From Candidatus Yonathbacteria bacterium (lineage in GTDB: Bacteria > Patescibacteriota > Minisyncoccia > Phycocordibacterales > UBA1550): a stretch of 55,863 nt of DNA. The first letter of the stretch is position 1, and each line of letters begins with the position of its first letter. The stretch spans positions 56,851-112,713 of the forward strand of contig DMXP01000002.1 in the NCBI GenBank assembly GCA_003483855.1, written 5' to 3'. This document shows, in pieces, positions 25,190 through 35,192 of the stretch. The notes under the pieces were generated by a model. That model searched no databases. It was not told where the DNA came from and saw only the letters and a program-made list of their open reading frames with translations. The translations under genes were made by a program, and so were the position numbers.

Positions 25190-27910
25190 ATGAACTCCAC
25201 CAAGGAAAATAATATTAGGCCAGTATGGCACACAAAATCATTTGAGGAAATATTTACGATACTTGAAACGGACGGAGAAGGCCTCAACTCCCCTGAGGTA
25301 GCCCGTCGTAAAGAAAAGTACGGTGAAAACAAACTACCGGAAGTTGCTCCAGACAGTATTTTACGCATTTTTTTTCGCCAATTTGAAAGTCCTCTCATCT
25401 ACGTCCTCCTTGCTGCAGCTGGTATCGTGCTTATTCTTGGAGAAGCTCTCGATGCGGTAGTTATCTTCGCAGTGCTTTTTATAAACGCCATAATCGGTTC
25501 AGTGCAAGAAGGACGAGCACAGAATACAATTGCAAGTTTACGAAAATATATAGAAACTAGAGCAACTGTTTTAAGAGAGGGAAGAGAAGTCATTATTCCA
25601 GATAATGAGCTAGTGCCTGGGGATATCATTGTGGTGCAAGAGGGAGAAATGGTACCTGCCGATGCCCGCCTTGTTACAATACGAAATCTTCGCGTTAGTG
25701 AGGCTGCGCTCACTGGCGAATCTGTCCCAGTTAGAAAAACAACTGACACTCCAACATGGGACAATATGGCCGTATCTGACCGTCGCAATATGATATATCG
25801 TGGAACTCACATAACAACTGGGACAGGGAGAGCTATTATTGTTGGAACTGGCCTTAACACCGAAATCGGGACTATCGCGAGGGAAATTGTTTCTATTAAC
25901 AGCGACGTGCCACTAAAAATTGAGATAGGTCGTCTTGCGCGTTTAATTGTCATTATTACCGCGCTTATTTCCATCTCGCTTTTCACTATAGGAATTGTTG
26001 CTGGCAAAGGAGTAATAGAAATGTTGCTAACTGTTGTAACCCTTTCTGTGTCTGTTGTTCCAGAAGGTCTACCGATTGTGCTTACTGTTGTGCTTGCAAC
26101 TGGTGTGTGGCGAATGAGTAAGCGAAATGCGCTGGTAAAGAGAATGCAAGCCGTAGAGGCTCTAGGGCAAATTGATATCTTGGCTGTAGACAAGACTGGT
26201 ACACTAACAAGAAATGAGATTATTGTGCAGAAAATCTACACAAACAACAAATTTTTTAAAGTTGGTGGTGTTGGATATGAACCGCATGGAGAAATTATTT
26301 TAAATGGCGCTGAGGTGGAGGTGGCAAATCATCCAGAGCTTTTGCTACTTGGAAAAATGTCCTCGTTGTGCGCGAGCGCGCGTGTATTGTTTAACGATGA
26401 AACAAATCAATGGAATATTTCTGGAGACCCCACTGAGGCGGCGATGCTTGTGTTGTCACAAAAGCTTGGTTTTCACAAGGATGTGCTTGAAAACGAATTT
26501 CCCATCATCTCAGAGATGCCGTTTGACTATAATTTAAAATACCACGCGGTTCTAAACAGAGAAGGCGATATAAATGTTTTGTCTCTTTCAGGCGCTCCTG
26601 AAATTATTTTGGATTTCTGTAACACTATTATTATAAATGGTGATACTGTCACTATAAATGAGACGATGAGATCTGAAATTGAATCCGTGCTTATGGGGAT
26701 GTCCAAGGACGGACTTCGCGTGATTGCATTGGCGACATTAAAAGGGGCGAGTGATTTGCCAAGTATTACGACTCCTCCACATGCTACATTTGTGGGCTTC
26801 CTAGGGATGCACGATGCCTTGCGCTCGGAAGTGCCGTCTATTGTTGTGCGAGCACGCGATGCAGGAGTGAGAACAGTGATGATCACCGGTGACCACAGAG
26901 TTACAGCGCAAGTTGTCGCGTCTGAAGCTGGAATTTTTAGCGAAGGCGATAAAATTCTAACTGGCAGAGACATAGACACTATGTCCGACGAGGAGCTAAC
27001 GAATGCTATTCAGAATGTTTCGGTTTTTGCGCGCGTTACTCCAGAGCATAAAATAAAAATTATTCACGCATATAAAAGCGTTGGAAACATTATAGCTATG
27101 ACAGGAGATGGCGTGAACGACGCGCCATCCTTGTCCGCAGCAGATCTAGGAGTTTCTATGGGTGTGATAGGGACCGAGGTTGCAAAATCTGCCTCAGACA
27201 TTGTACTTCTAGACGATAATCTTGAAAGTATTATTTCTGCAATAGAAGAGGGTAGAAGTATTTATAGAACAATCAAAAGAGTTATTTTATATTTATTTTC
27301 AACAGCAACTGGAGAAGTTCTGACTATCTCAGGAGCATTATTGCTCGGCTATATGGTGCCAATTTTACCAGCGCAGATTATTTGGCTCAACTTTGTGACA
27401 GACGGTTTCCTAGACGTATCTCTTGCAATGGAGCCAAAGGAAAAAGACATTTTGCTTGAAAAACGGTCAAAGGAGTCTCGTCGTCTTGTGGATCGCCTTA
27501 TGTACACGCGCATCATAATAATGGCAAGCGTGATGGCTGTTGGAACTTTGTATCTCTTTGGCGACTATGCGTACGGCGAACCAGCAAAGGCGTGGACAAT
27601 ATCGCTTACGCTTCTAGCAGTGTTCCAATGGTTCAACGCAATAAATTGCCGTTCTCACAGGTTGTCAATTTTCCAAATGAACCCATTTTCAAATCTGTAC
27701 CTTCTCGTCGCGTTGTTGATAGTTGTTCTCCTTCAAATGTTTGCTCTTTACACAAGTGTGGGACAGAGGCTCCTACATACAGTTCCTCTCTCGCCATCGG
27801 AGTGGGGTACAATATTCGCAATCGCTTTGTCTATAATTCTAGTTGAGGAAATACGAAAATTTATACACCGCACAAAGGATTCAAAAAAGACATCAGTAGT
27901 GCTACAATAA
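25190..27910 (+). CDS. P-type cation-translocating ATPase (type II, Ca2+-like)
   Basis: TGES, VPEGL, DKTGTLT, MITGD, MTGDGVNDAP, QIIWLNFVTDG. Confidence 0.93.
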   Translation: MNSTKENNIRPVWHTKSFEEIFTILETDGEGLNSPEVARRKEKYGENKLPEVAPDSILRIFFRQFESPLIYVLLAAAGIVLILGEALDAVVIFAVLFINAIIGSVQEGRAQNTIASLRKYIETRATVLREGREVIIPDNELVPGDIIVVQEGEMVPADARLVTIRNLRVSEAALTGESVPVRKTTDTPTWDNMAVSDRRNMIYRGTHITTGTGRAIIVGTGLNTEIGTIAREIVSINSDVPLKIEIGRLARLIVIITALISISLFTIGIVAGKGVIEMLLTVVTLSVSVVPEGLPIVLTVVLATGVWRMSKRNALVKRMQAVEALGQIDILAVDKTGTLTRNEIIVQKIYTNNKFFKVGGVGYEPHGEIILNGAEVEVANHPELLLLGKMSSLCASARVLFNDETNQWNISGDPTEAAMLVLSQKLGFHKDVLENEFPIISEMPFDYNLKYHAVLNREGDINVLSLSGAPEIILDFCNTIIINGDTVTINETMRSEIESVLMGMSKDGLRVIALATLKGASDLPSITTPPHATFVGFLGMHDALRSEVPSIVVRARDAGVRTVMITGDHRVTAQVVASEAGIFSEGDKILTGRDIDTMSDEELTNAIQNVSVFARVTPEHKIKIIHAYKSVGNIIAMTGDGVNDAPSLSAADLGVSMGVIGTEVAKSASDIVLLDDNLESIISAIEEGRSIYRTIKRVILYLFSTATGEVLTISGALLLGYMVPILPAQIIWLNFVTDGFLDVSLAMEPKEKDILLEKRSKESRRLVDRLMYTRIIIMASVMAVGTLYLFGDYAYGEPAKAWTISLTLLAVFQWFNAINCRSHRLSIFQMNPFSNLYLLVALLIVVLLQMFALYTSVGQRLLHTVPLSPSEWGTIFAIALSIILVEEIRKFIHRTKDSKKTSVVLQ

Positions 27911-27916
27911 TCAAGT

Positions 27917-28261
27917 ATGAGAAAATTAATCAAAAGTTTTGGGTGGGCGATAAATGGTTTGAGAACTGTCTGGCAAGAAGAGGTGAATTTTCGCATAGAG
28001 GTTGCGGTAGCGCTCGCTGTTATTGGGGGTGGCTTATACCTTCAATTTTCAAAACTTGAGTGGGCATTTATTATTATTTCCATTTGCTCAGTACTCTCTG
28101 CAGAAATGGTGAACACGGCAGTTGAAGACCTTTGCAATAAAGTTGAGCCAAACACCGACCCGATAATCGGCAAGATCAAAGACATGATGGGCGGGGTGGT
28201 GCTTATTGTGTGCGTAACATCTGTAATTATTGGTGTTATGGTTTTTACTAACCACCTATAA
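27917..28261 (+). CDS. dgkA: Diacylglycerol/undecaprenol kinase (DgkA family)
   Basis: SFGWAINGL, E.NFR, AEMVNTAVEDL, IKDM..G.VL. Confidence 0.88.
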   Translation: MRKLIKSFGWAINGLRTVWQEEVNFRIEVAVALAVIGGGLYLQFSKLEWAFIIISICSVLSAEMVNTAVEDLCNKVEPNTDPIIGKIKDMMGGVVLIVCVTSVIIGVMVFTNHL

Positions 28262-28266
28262 TTTTT

Positions 28267-28695
28267 ATGGCTACTATTGAATGTATTGCGCGAGGAGTTA
28301 TAGAAGAGAATGGAAGGATTTTACTTTGCAGAGGAAAAGGGAACGGAAACTTCTTCTTCCCCGGTGGACATATTGAAGAGGGTGAAAGCGCGCCTGAGGC
28401 GCTCATGCGAGAAATAAAAGAAGAACTTGGTGAAGAAAGCGAAGTAAAGCGATTTATTGGCGCATCAGAAAACAAATTTAATACAAAGAATGAGGAGGTG
28501 CACGAAATCAATCTCGTGTTTGAGATAGCACTACTCAATGATGGCGAGCGTATAAGAAAGGAAGATCATTTGGAGTTTGCATGGCTTACACATGAAGAAC
28601 TTCGTGACGCTGTTGTCTTCCCAACATCACTCAAAGACGCCGTACTTTCATACCACACAAAAGAAAAACCCTTCTGGGTTACCGAAGGGTTTTAG
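28267..28695 (+). CDS. NUDIX hydrolase
   Basis: GGHIEEGESAPEALMREIKEELG Nudix box. Confidence 0.9.
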   Translation: MATIECIARGVIEENGRILLCRGKGNGNFFFPGGHIEEGESAPEALMREIKEELGEESEVKRFIGASENKFNTKNEEVHEINLVFEIALLNDGERIRKEDHLEFAWLTHEELRDAVVFPTSLKDAVLSYHTKEKPFWVTEGF

Positions 28696-28722
28696 ACATA
28701 AAAAAGTTTAACTTTTTTTGTA

Positions 28723-29439
28723 TTAGAGCCCGATACTTTTCTTGAGTTCTGCGAGTTCATCACTGACAATTTCACGATAAGCTCCTTCTTTAAGATTGCC
28801 GAGTTTAATATTCATAATACGAACACGCTTAAGCTCAAGCACTTGGTAGCCTTCGGCGGCGCACATACGGCGGATCTGGTGTTTTTTGCCTTCGGTAAGA
28901 ACAATACGGAAAAGAGTTTCTCCGGCGCGACGCGCCTTTGCGGGCTTGGTCTTGTAAGTTTCTATCAAAATCCCACGTTCAAGGTGTCGGATGAACGTGT
29001 CTGTGATTTTTTTGTCTACTTTTACCAAATATTCTTTTTCGTGCACGCGGTCTGGAGAAAGCACGCGGTCTGTCAAACGTCCGTCGTTTGTGAGAATCAC
29101 AAGCCCTTCAGAGTCTTTGTCTAGGCGACCAAGCGGGAAGAGCCCACGGAGCGCAGGGAGCTCTGACTTAATGCTTTCGCCTTCTGTCTGTGTGTCTGTA
29201 GAAATGCCTCTCGGCTTGTAGTACGCGAGATAGCGATGCGAGCCTTCTATCTTTGCAATGACTTTTTCTGAAACTTCTATCTTGTCGTCAGGAGACTCTA
29301 CTTTATCTCCAAGCACGGCAACTTTGCCATTTATTTTGACAAGCCCTTTTGTAATAAGCTCGTCGGCGCCACGGCGCGTGGAAAAACCTTTGTGCGCAAG
29401 GTAACGGTTGAGACGAACAGGAAATTCAAGAGGTTCCAT
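28723..29439 (-). CDS. rRNA pseudouridine synthase (RsuA/RluB/RluF family, S4 domain)
   Basis: RLNRYLA...STRRGAD, GRLDKDSEGL, EGKKHQIRRM. Confidence 0.92.
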   Translation of the reverse strand: MEPLEFPVRLNRYLAHKGFSTRRGADELITKGLVKINGKVAVLGDKVESPDDKIEVSEKVIAKIEGSHRYLAYYKPRGISTDTQTEGESIKSELPALRGLFPLGRLDKDSEGLVILTNDGRLTDRVLSPDRVHEKEYLVKVDKKITDTFIRHLERGILIETYKTKPAKARRAGETLFRIVLTEGKKHQIRRMCAAEGYQVLELKRVRIMNIKLGNLKEGAYREIVSDELAELKKSIGL

Positions 29440-29518
29440 AGAGCACGAACTGTACCACTATCTCATGAAGAAATCAAATTTTTGCTCATCCACACACTCT
29501 AATCTTACTTAAAAGCGA

Positions 29519-29612
29519 GGTCGGCCAGTTTGAATTGCCTTGCGCAGGCTGGCGAGCCGAGCAGAGCAAATTTTCAACAGAAAATTATGCGTGCAATTCA
29601 AACTAACCGACC
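29519..29612. repeat. 94-bp element with 20-bp imperfect terminal inverted repeats
   Basis: GGTCGGCCAGTTTGAATTGC / GCAATTCAAACTAACCGACC (18/20) with an inner hairpin. Confidence 0.7.
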
Positions 29613-29693
29613 GAGCGTCACTTATCCCCAATTTTCTTGCACACTTTTGTATTCGCACGTGTTACAATGGTGAAGATACCTTTACATTAAATT

Positions 29694-30926
29694 ATGCGAG
29701 TACTTATGTTCGGATGGGAATTTCCTCCTCATAACAGCGGTGGCCTAGGCACTGCGTGTTTTGGTCTTACTCGCGCGCTCGCCGGAAGGAAAATTGACGT
29801 CCTCTTTGTACTTCCAAAAAAAGTTGGCGTATCTGCGGACTTTATGAACATACTTTTTGCGGATACGCGCAAGGTAAAGTTTTTAGAAATTGAAACCCCG
29901 CTTAAACCGTATGTAACATCAGAGGGCTATATCCACGAACGCGACAAAATTCTCTCGGACATTTACGGAAACACTCTTATGCAGGAGGTTCGTCGCTATG
30001 CCCTTCGCGCTCGCGATATCGCAAAGAAAGAAAAGTTTGATGTGATTCACGCGCACGACTGGCTTTCTTTCCTTGCTGGAGTAGAGGCGAAAAAAGTTTC
30101 TGGCAAGCCTCTAATTCTTCATATGCACGCAACGGAGCTTGACCGCACTGGCGGACAAGGCGTGAATCAGGATGTTTACAAAATTGAACGCGAAAGTATG
30201 AACTACGCCGACGGCATTATCGCTGTTTCAAATTTCACTAAAGAAAAGATTGTTCAGCACTATGGTATTCCTAGAGAAAAAATTGAAGTGGTGCACAACG
30301 GCATTGATGAATGCGACTACGCGAATATTCCTGATAGACTTTCAGAGCTCAAAAAGTCGGGGCAAAAAATTGTCCTCTTTGCGGGGCGCATCACAATTCA
30401 AAAAGGACCTGAATATTTTATTCGCGCCGCGAAACGAGTACTTGAAGTAAATCCAAATGTTCTTTTTCTAGTCGCAGGCTCGGGCGATATGGAAAGGCAG
30501 ATGATGCTCGAAGCGGCGTACCTCGGTATTTCTGACCGAGTGCTCTTTGTAGGATTTCTTCGCGGGAATGATTTGAACGCGGTGTATAAAATTGCAGACC
30601 TGTTTGTGATGCCATCCGTATCAGAGCCATTTGGTATCACACCACTTGAGTCAATTATCTCTGGAGCTCCTGTTCTCATTTCAAAGCAGTCTGGTGTGGC
30701 GGAGGTGCTTACACACGCTTTGAAGACTGACTTTTGGGACACGGAAGACATGGCAAACAAAATTCTTGGTGTCATCTCGCACCGCTCACTTAAGGACACT
30801 CTCTGGGGAAACAGTCGTGAGGAGGTAAAGAAAATCAGCTGGGATACTGCAAGCAAAAAATGTATAGACTACTATGAAAAAATTATTTGCGCATGCGGAG
30901 TTACGCCAGAAACTCGCTACATTTAA
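29694..30926 (+). CDS. GT4 glycosyltransferase (alpha-glucan synthase-like)
   Basis: MRVLMFGWEFPPHNSGGLG, HAHDWL, GRIT.QKGPEYF, PSVSEPFGI. Confidence 0.88.
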   Translation: MRVLMFGWEFPPHNSGGLGTACFGLTRALAGRKIDVLFVLPKKVGVSADFMNILFADTRKVKFLEIETPLKPYVTSEGYIHERDKILSDIYGNTLMQEVRRYALRARDIAKKEKFDVIHAHDWLSFLAGVEAKKVSGKPLILHMHATELDRTGGQGVNQDVYKIERESMNYADGIIAVSNFTKEKIVQHYGIPREKIEVVHNGIDECDYANIPDRLSELKKSGQKIVLFAGRITIQKGPEYFIRAAKRVLEVNPNVLFLVAGSGDMERQMMLEAAYLGISDRVLFVGFLRGNDLNAVYKIADLFVMPSVSEPFGITPLESIISGAPVLISKQSGVAEVLTHALKTDFWDTEDMANKILGVISHRSLKDTLWGNSREEVKKISWDTASKKCIDYYEKIICACGVTPETRYI

Positions 30927-30950
30927 TTAGTTTCTGCTATACTGTTTTTT

Positions 30951-32186
30951 ATGGCGTCAATATGTTTTTATTTCCAAGTGCACCAGCCGTTCCGCGTAAA
31001 GGATTATCGCGTTTTTGATATTGGGCGAGACAGCGAGTACTTCAATGATAGTTCAGAGCGTTCCATAAACAACAAAAAGATTTTAAACAAAGTAGCGGGG
31101 AAGTGCTACCTACCTGCAAACGCAGTAATGCTTGAGCTTTTGAACAAGCATCCAGAATTCAAGATAAGCTTCTCTTTTTCTGGGATATTTTTGGACCAAC
31201 TTCAAGAGTTCAGCCCAGAAACATTGGAGTCATTTCAAAAACTTGTAGCAACAGGCCGAGTGGAAGTACTTTCAGAAACCTACTATCATTCGCTTTCATT
31301 CCTCTACTCGCCAGATGAGTTTCGCCGTCAGGTAAAAATGCACCGCGAAAAAGTACAAGAACTTTTTGGCGTCACACCAACAGTATTCCGCAACACTGAG
31401 CTTATATACAACAACGCGCTTGCGATGGAGGTAGAAAAAATGGGATACAAGGGGATAATTGCCGAGGGAGCAGATCATGTGCTCGGTTGGAGAAGCCCAA
31501 ACTTTTTATATCGCCCGCAAGGCACAGAAAATTTGAAGCTAATGCTAAAAAACTACCGTCTCTCCGACGACATCGCTTTTCGCTTTTCTTCAAAAGACTG
31601 GGCGGACTTTCCACTTACCGCTCCAAAATTTGCAAAGTGGGCATCTCAAGTTAATGGCAACGGGCACGTCATCAACCTCTTTATGGATTACGAAACATTT
31701 GGAGAACACCAGTGGGAAGACACAGGCATTTTTAATTTCCTTCGTCATTTGCCAGAAGAAATTTATAAGCATCCGGACAATGATTTTATAACACCGAGCG
31801 AAGCGATAGAACGATACGAGCCCGTGTCTGAGCTAGACGTGCACAACTATATGTCATGGGCAGACGTGGAACGCGACCTTTCCGCATGGCTCTCAAACCC
31901 AATGCAACACGATGCAATAAAGAGCGTGTACGCCCTTGAGGAAGAGGTGCTCGCCACAAATGATGAAAAGCTTATAAGCGACTGGCGCAAACTTCAAACG
32001 TCTGACCATTTCTATTATATGTGTACAAAATGGTTCAACGATGGCGATGTTCATAAATATTTTAACCCCTACAATACTCCATACGAAGCATTCATCGCGT
32101 ATATGAACGCTCTCCAAGACTTGCGTCTTCGTGTTGTTGGTCACCCAGCGTATGCAAAAAAGATAAAGGTAAAAGAGTTGTCATAA
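30951..32186 (+). CDS. Glycoside hydrolase family 57 (alpha-amylase type)
   Basis: FQVHQP, ETYYHSL, FRNTELIY, FMDYETFGEHQ, SDHFYYMCTK. Confidence 0.9.
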   Translation: MASICFYFQVHQPFRVKDYRVFDIGRDSEYFNDSSERSINNKKILNKVAGKCYLPANAVMLELLNKHPEFKISFSFSGIFLDQLQEFSPETLESFQKLVATGRVEVLSETYYHSLSFLYSPDEFRRQVKMHREKVQELFGVTPTVFRNTELIYNNALAMEVEKMGYKGIIAEGADHVLGWRSPNFLYRPQGTENLKLMLKNYRLSDDIAFRFSSKDWADFPLTAPKFAKWASQVNGNGHVINLFMDYETFGEHQWEDTGIFNFLRHLPEEIYKHPDNDFITPSEAIERYEPVSELDVHNYMSWADVERDLSAWLSNPMQHDAIKSVYALEEEVLATNDEKLISDWRKLQTSDHFYYMCTKWFNDGDVHKYFNPYNTPYEAFIAYMNALQDLRLRVVGHPAYAKKIKVKELS

Positions 32187-32268
32187 AATTTTTGTTTTGT
32201 CTGTTGTAAGTTGCGAATCAGCTGATTCGTGTCTTGGACATAAACGTTGTTAGTTGTATAATTATCAT

Positions 32269-34263
32269 ATGCCTAAGTCCCTTTCTCTTGGTAATGGAAA
32301 TATTCTTGTCTGCACCGACAAGCGCGCGCAGGTGCGTGACTTTTATTTTCCGTATGTGGGACTTGAGAACCATGTCGGCGGTCACTACACTCATCGTATA
32401 GGTGTGTGGGCGGACTATCAGCTCAACTGGTTTGATAACCCAAACTGGGATATACAAATTCGCTCGGCAGATCAGTCGCTACAGGGGGCTACTACAGCCA
32501 CAAATAGAACGCTTGGTGTAACTCTCAATCTAACCGACACTGTATACAATGAAAAAAATATTTTTCTCCGTGAAGTAAAAGTAACAAACGATTCCGACCG
32601 CAAGCGTTCAATCAAACTTTTCTTTGGACACGAGTTTGAAATATACGAATCCCACCGCGGAGACACAGCGTATTTTGACCCTATCAATCATGTCGTCGTT
32701 CATTACAACGGCAAGAGAGTTTTTCTTATAAACGGATTATCGGAAAAGGGAAGTTTTGACGATTACACCGCAGGGATATTTAAAATAGAAGGAAAAGAAG
32801 GAAGCTTCAAGGACGCAGAGGATGGCCAGCTTGCCAAAAACTTGATAGAACACGGCCCGGCAGATTCCGTTATGGGGTTTTACCTTGATATTCCCGCGAG
32901 TGAATCAAAAACTATTCATTACTGGGTTGCTGTTGGAAAATCCATGAAGGAGGCGCAGGAGCTAAACAAATACGTTTTAGAAAAAAATCCTGGTCATTTG
33001 CTCCGCACCACTCGCGATTTTTGGCATGCGTGGGTAAATAAATACAATTTTACTTTTTACGGACTCACACAGGACGAAATCTCATTGTTCAAAAGATCAC
33101 TCCTAACCATTCGCACGCACGCAGACAACCACGGAGCAATTATTGCCTCTGCGGATTCGGATATGCTTCAAAACGGTCGTGATACATACAGCTATATGTG
33201 GCCCAGAGACGGAGCGTTTTCAGCTATTGCGTTTGATATGGCGGGGGATTTTAATGTTGCAGAACGTTTTTTTGATTTCTGCAATCATGTGCTCACTGAC
33301 GACGGGTATTTTATGCACAAATATCGCCCAGACGAATCGCTTGGCTCCTCTTGGCACCCATGGATGAGAGACGGCAAAATAGAACTCCCGATACAAGAAG
33401 ACGAAACGGCGTTGGTTCTTATAGCTCTTTGGCATCATTACGCTCAGACAAAGGATTTGGAGTTCATTGAAAAAATTTATAATTCTCTGATAAAGCGTTC
33501 AGCTGATTTTATGGTCGGATATCGCGACCCAAAAACACAGCTCCCTAAAGCATCGTACGATTTGTGGGAAGAAAAATTCGGTATTCACACATTTACTTCC
33601 GCGTCGGTTTACAGTGCTCTTATGTGTGCCGCAAAATTTGCAAAACTTTTGGGCAAAGAAAAGAGCGAACATATTTACACTACAGCCGCCTTTGAAATTC
33701 GCCAATCCATACTCAACTATTTGTATGATGAAGAGCAGGGAATTTTTGTAAAAATGATAAATGTTGCTGACGATGGAACAATTACCTACGACCGCACACT
33801 TGATATGTCCAGCGTGTACGGCATCTTTGCGTTTGGTGTTCTTGATGTGGAGGATCCTCGTTTGGCTCGTACTGTAAAACAGGTAGAGGACAGACTTTTA
33901 ATAAAAACTGCCGTAAGCGGTATTGCTCGTTACGAAGGGGACATCTATTTCCGCGACACAACTGGCGTGCCGGGGAACCCATGGATTATTACCACGCTCT
34001 GGCTCGCTCAGTATTATATAGCTCGAGCAAAAAAGGAGGCGGATTTTACCCCCGTGCATCAGTGGCTAGAATGGGCTGTTAAGCACGCAGGTTCTTCGGG
34101 AGTATTTTCTGAGCAACTTCACCCATACAGCGGAGAGCTTCTTTCCGCAACGCCTCTTACGTGGAGCCACTCGGAATATATTATGACCATCGTAAAATAC
34201 CTGGACAAATTGGAGGAACTGGGAATTTGCCTAAAGTGCAACCCGATGTATACGGAGAGTTAG
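32269..34263 (+). CDS. Glycoside hydrolase family 15 (glucoamylase-like)
   Basis: GAIIAS.D, YSYMWPRDG, QEDETA, DLWEE, ARYEGD.Y, SEQ, PLTWSH. Confidence 0.88.
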   Translation: MPKSLSLGNGNILVCTDKRAQVRDFYFPYVGLENHVGGHYTHRIGVWADYQLNWFDNPNWDIQIRSADQSLQGATTATNRTLGVTLNLTDTVYNEKNIFLREVKVTNDSDRKRSIKLFFGHEFEIYESHRGDTAYFDPINHVVVHYNGKRVFLINGLSEKGSFDDYTAGIFKIEGKEGSFKDAEDGQLAKNLIEHGPADSVMGFYLDIPASESKTIHYWVAVGKSMKEAQELNKYVLEKNPGHLLRTTRDFWHAWVNKYNFTFYGLTQDEISLFKRSLLTIRTHADNHGAIIASADSDMLQNGRDTYSYMWPRDGAFSAIAFDMAGDFNVAERFFDFCNHVLTDDGYFMHKYRPDESLGSSWHPWMRDGKIELPIQEDETALVLIALWHHYAQTKDLEFIEKIYNSLIKRSADFMVGYRDPKTQLPKASYDLWEEKFGIHTFTSASVYSALMCAAKFAKLLGKEKSEHIYTTAAFEIRQSILNYLYDEEQGIFVKMINVADDGTITYDRTLDMSSVYGIFAFGVLDVEDPRLARTVKQVEDRLLIKTAVSGIARYEGDIYFRDTTGVPGNPWIITTLWLAQYYIARAKKEADFTPVHQWLEWAVKHAGSSGVFSEQLHPYSGELLSATPLTWSHSEYIMTIVKYLDKLEELGICLKCNPMYTES

Positions 34264-34338
34264 TCGGTGTGTAGAGTAAAAAGTTCATAAAATTGGGTAC
34301 ATTTGGATTTAGTCGCCAACTATATTAGAATAGGGGGT

Positions 34339-35187
34339 ATGTATATCCTTTTTGATATTGGTGGCACAAAAATGAGGGTTGTGGCAGCTGATCGAGACAA
34401 ATTTCTCGGCGAGCCTGTTGTCGTTTCCACACCAAAGGACTTTGGAGAAGGTATTGATACGCTGAAACGCATAATTGATAACCTTGCTCAAGGTCTAGCC
34501 TCAGAAAATCGCGCCGTAACGGCAATAGTGGGTGGGATCGCAGGGCCTTTGAACGACCTTCAAACATTGCTCGTAAAAAGCCCGAATCTTCCTGGCTGGG
34601 TTGGGCACGATATTAAAGAAACTCTCCACGCGACATACAGAGTGCCTGTGGAGCTTGAAAACGACTCTGCTCTTGTTGGTCTAGGTGAAGCCCACTTTGG
34701 CGCAGGGCGAGGCAAATCAATCATTGCGTATCTAACTGTGAGCACGGGTGTTGGTGGCGCGCGCATAATTAATGGAAAGATTGATCGCTCTTCGCTCGGC
34801 TTTGAACCTGGACATCAAATCATTGACCCAGACAACACCCTCTGCCCAAAGTGTGAAGGCAACGACCTTGAAGCATATGTATCTGGCACATCAGTAGAAA
34901 AAAGATTTGGAGTAAAGCCGTACGAAATACACGACGACGCGGTGTGGGACGAGCTCGCAAAGTTTCTAGCGTACGGACTCAACAACACTATTGTTCACTG
35001 GTCGCCGGACATTGTTATTGTTGGCGGTTCAATGATGAAGGAGGTCGGCATTCCTATCCCGGCTGTTCGCAAACATCTCGCAGAAGTTTTAAAAATATTC
35101 CCGCAAATCCCGCAGGTTGAAAAAGCAGAGCTCGGTGATTTTGGCGGTCTTTACGGCGCGCTCGCTCACGCCCGCGCGCATTACTAA
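34339..35187 (+). CDS. ROK family sugar kinase (glucokinase-like)
   Basis: FDIGGTK, ENDSA...GE..FGAG, TVSTGVGG, FEPGHQ, C..C...DLEAYVSG. Confidence 0.88.
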   Translation: MYILFDIGGTKMRVVAADRDKFLGEPVVVSTPKDFGEGIDTLKRIIDNLAQGLASENRAVTAIVGGIAGPLNDLQTLLVKSPNLPGWVGHDIKETLHATYRVPVELENDSALVGLGEAHFGAGRGKSIIAYLTVSTGVGGARIINGKIDRSSLGFEPGHQIIDPDNTLCPKCEGNDLEAYVSGTSVEKRFGVKPYEIHDDAVWDELAKFLAYGLNNTIVHWSPDIVIVGGSMMKEVGIPIPAVRKHLAEVLKIFPQIPQVEKAELGDFGGLYGALAHARAHY

Positions 35188-35192
35188 TAAAT

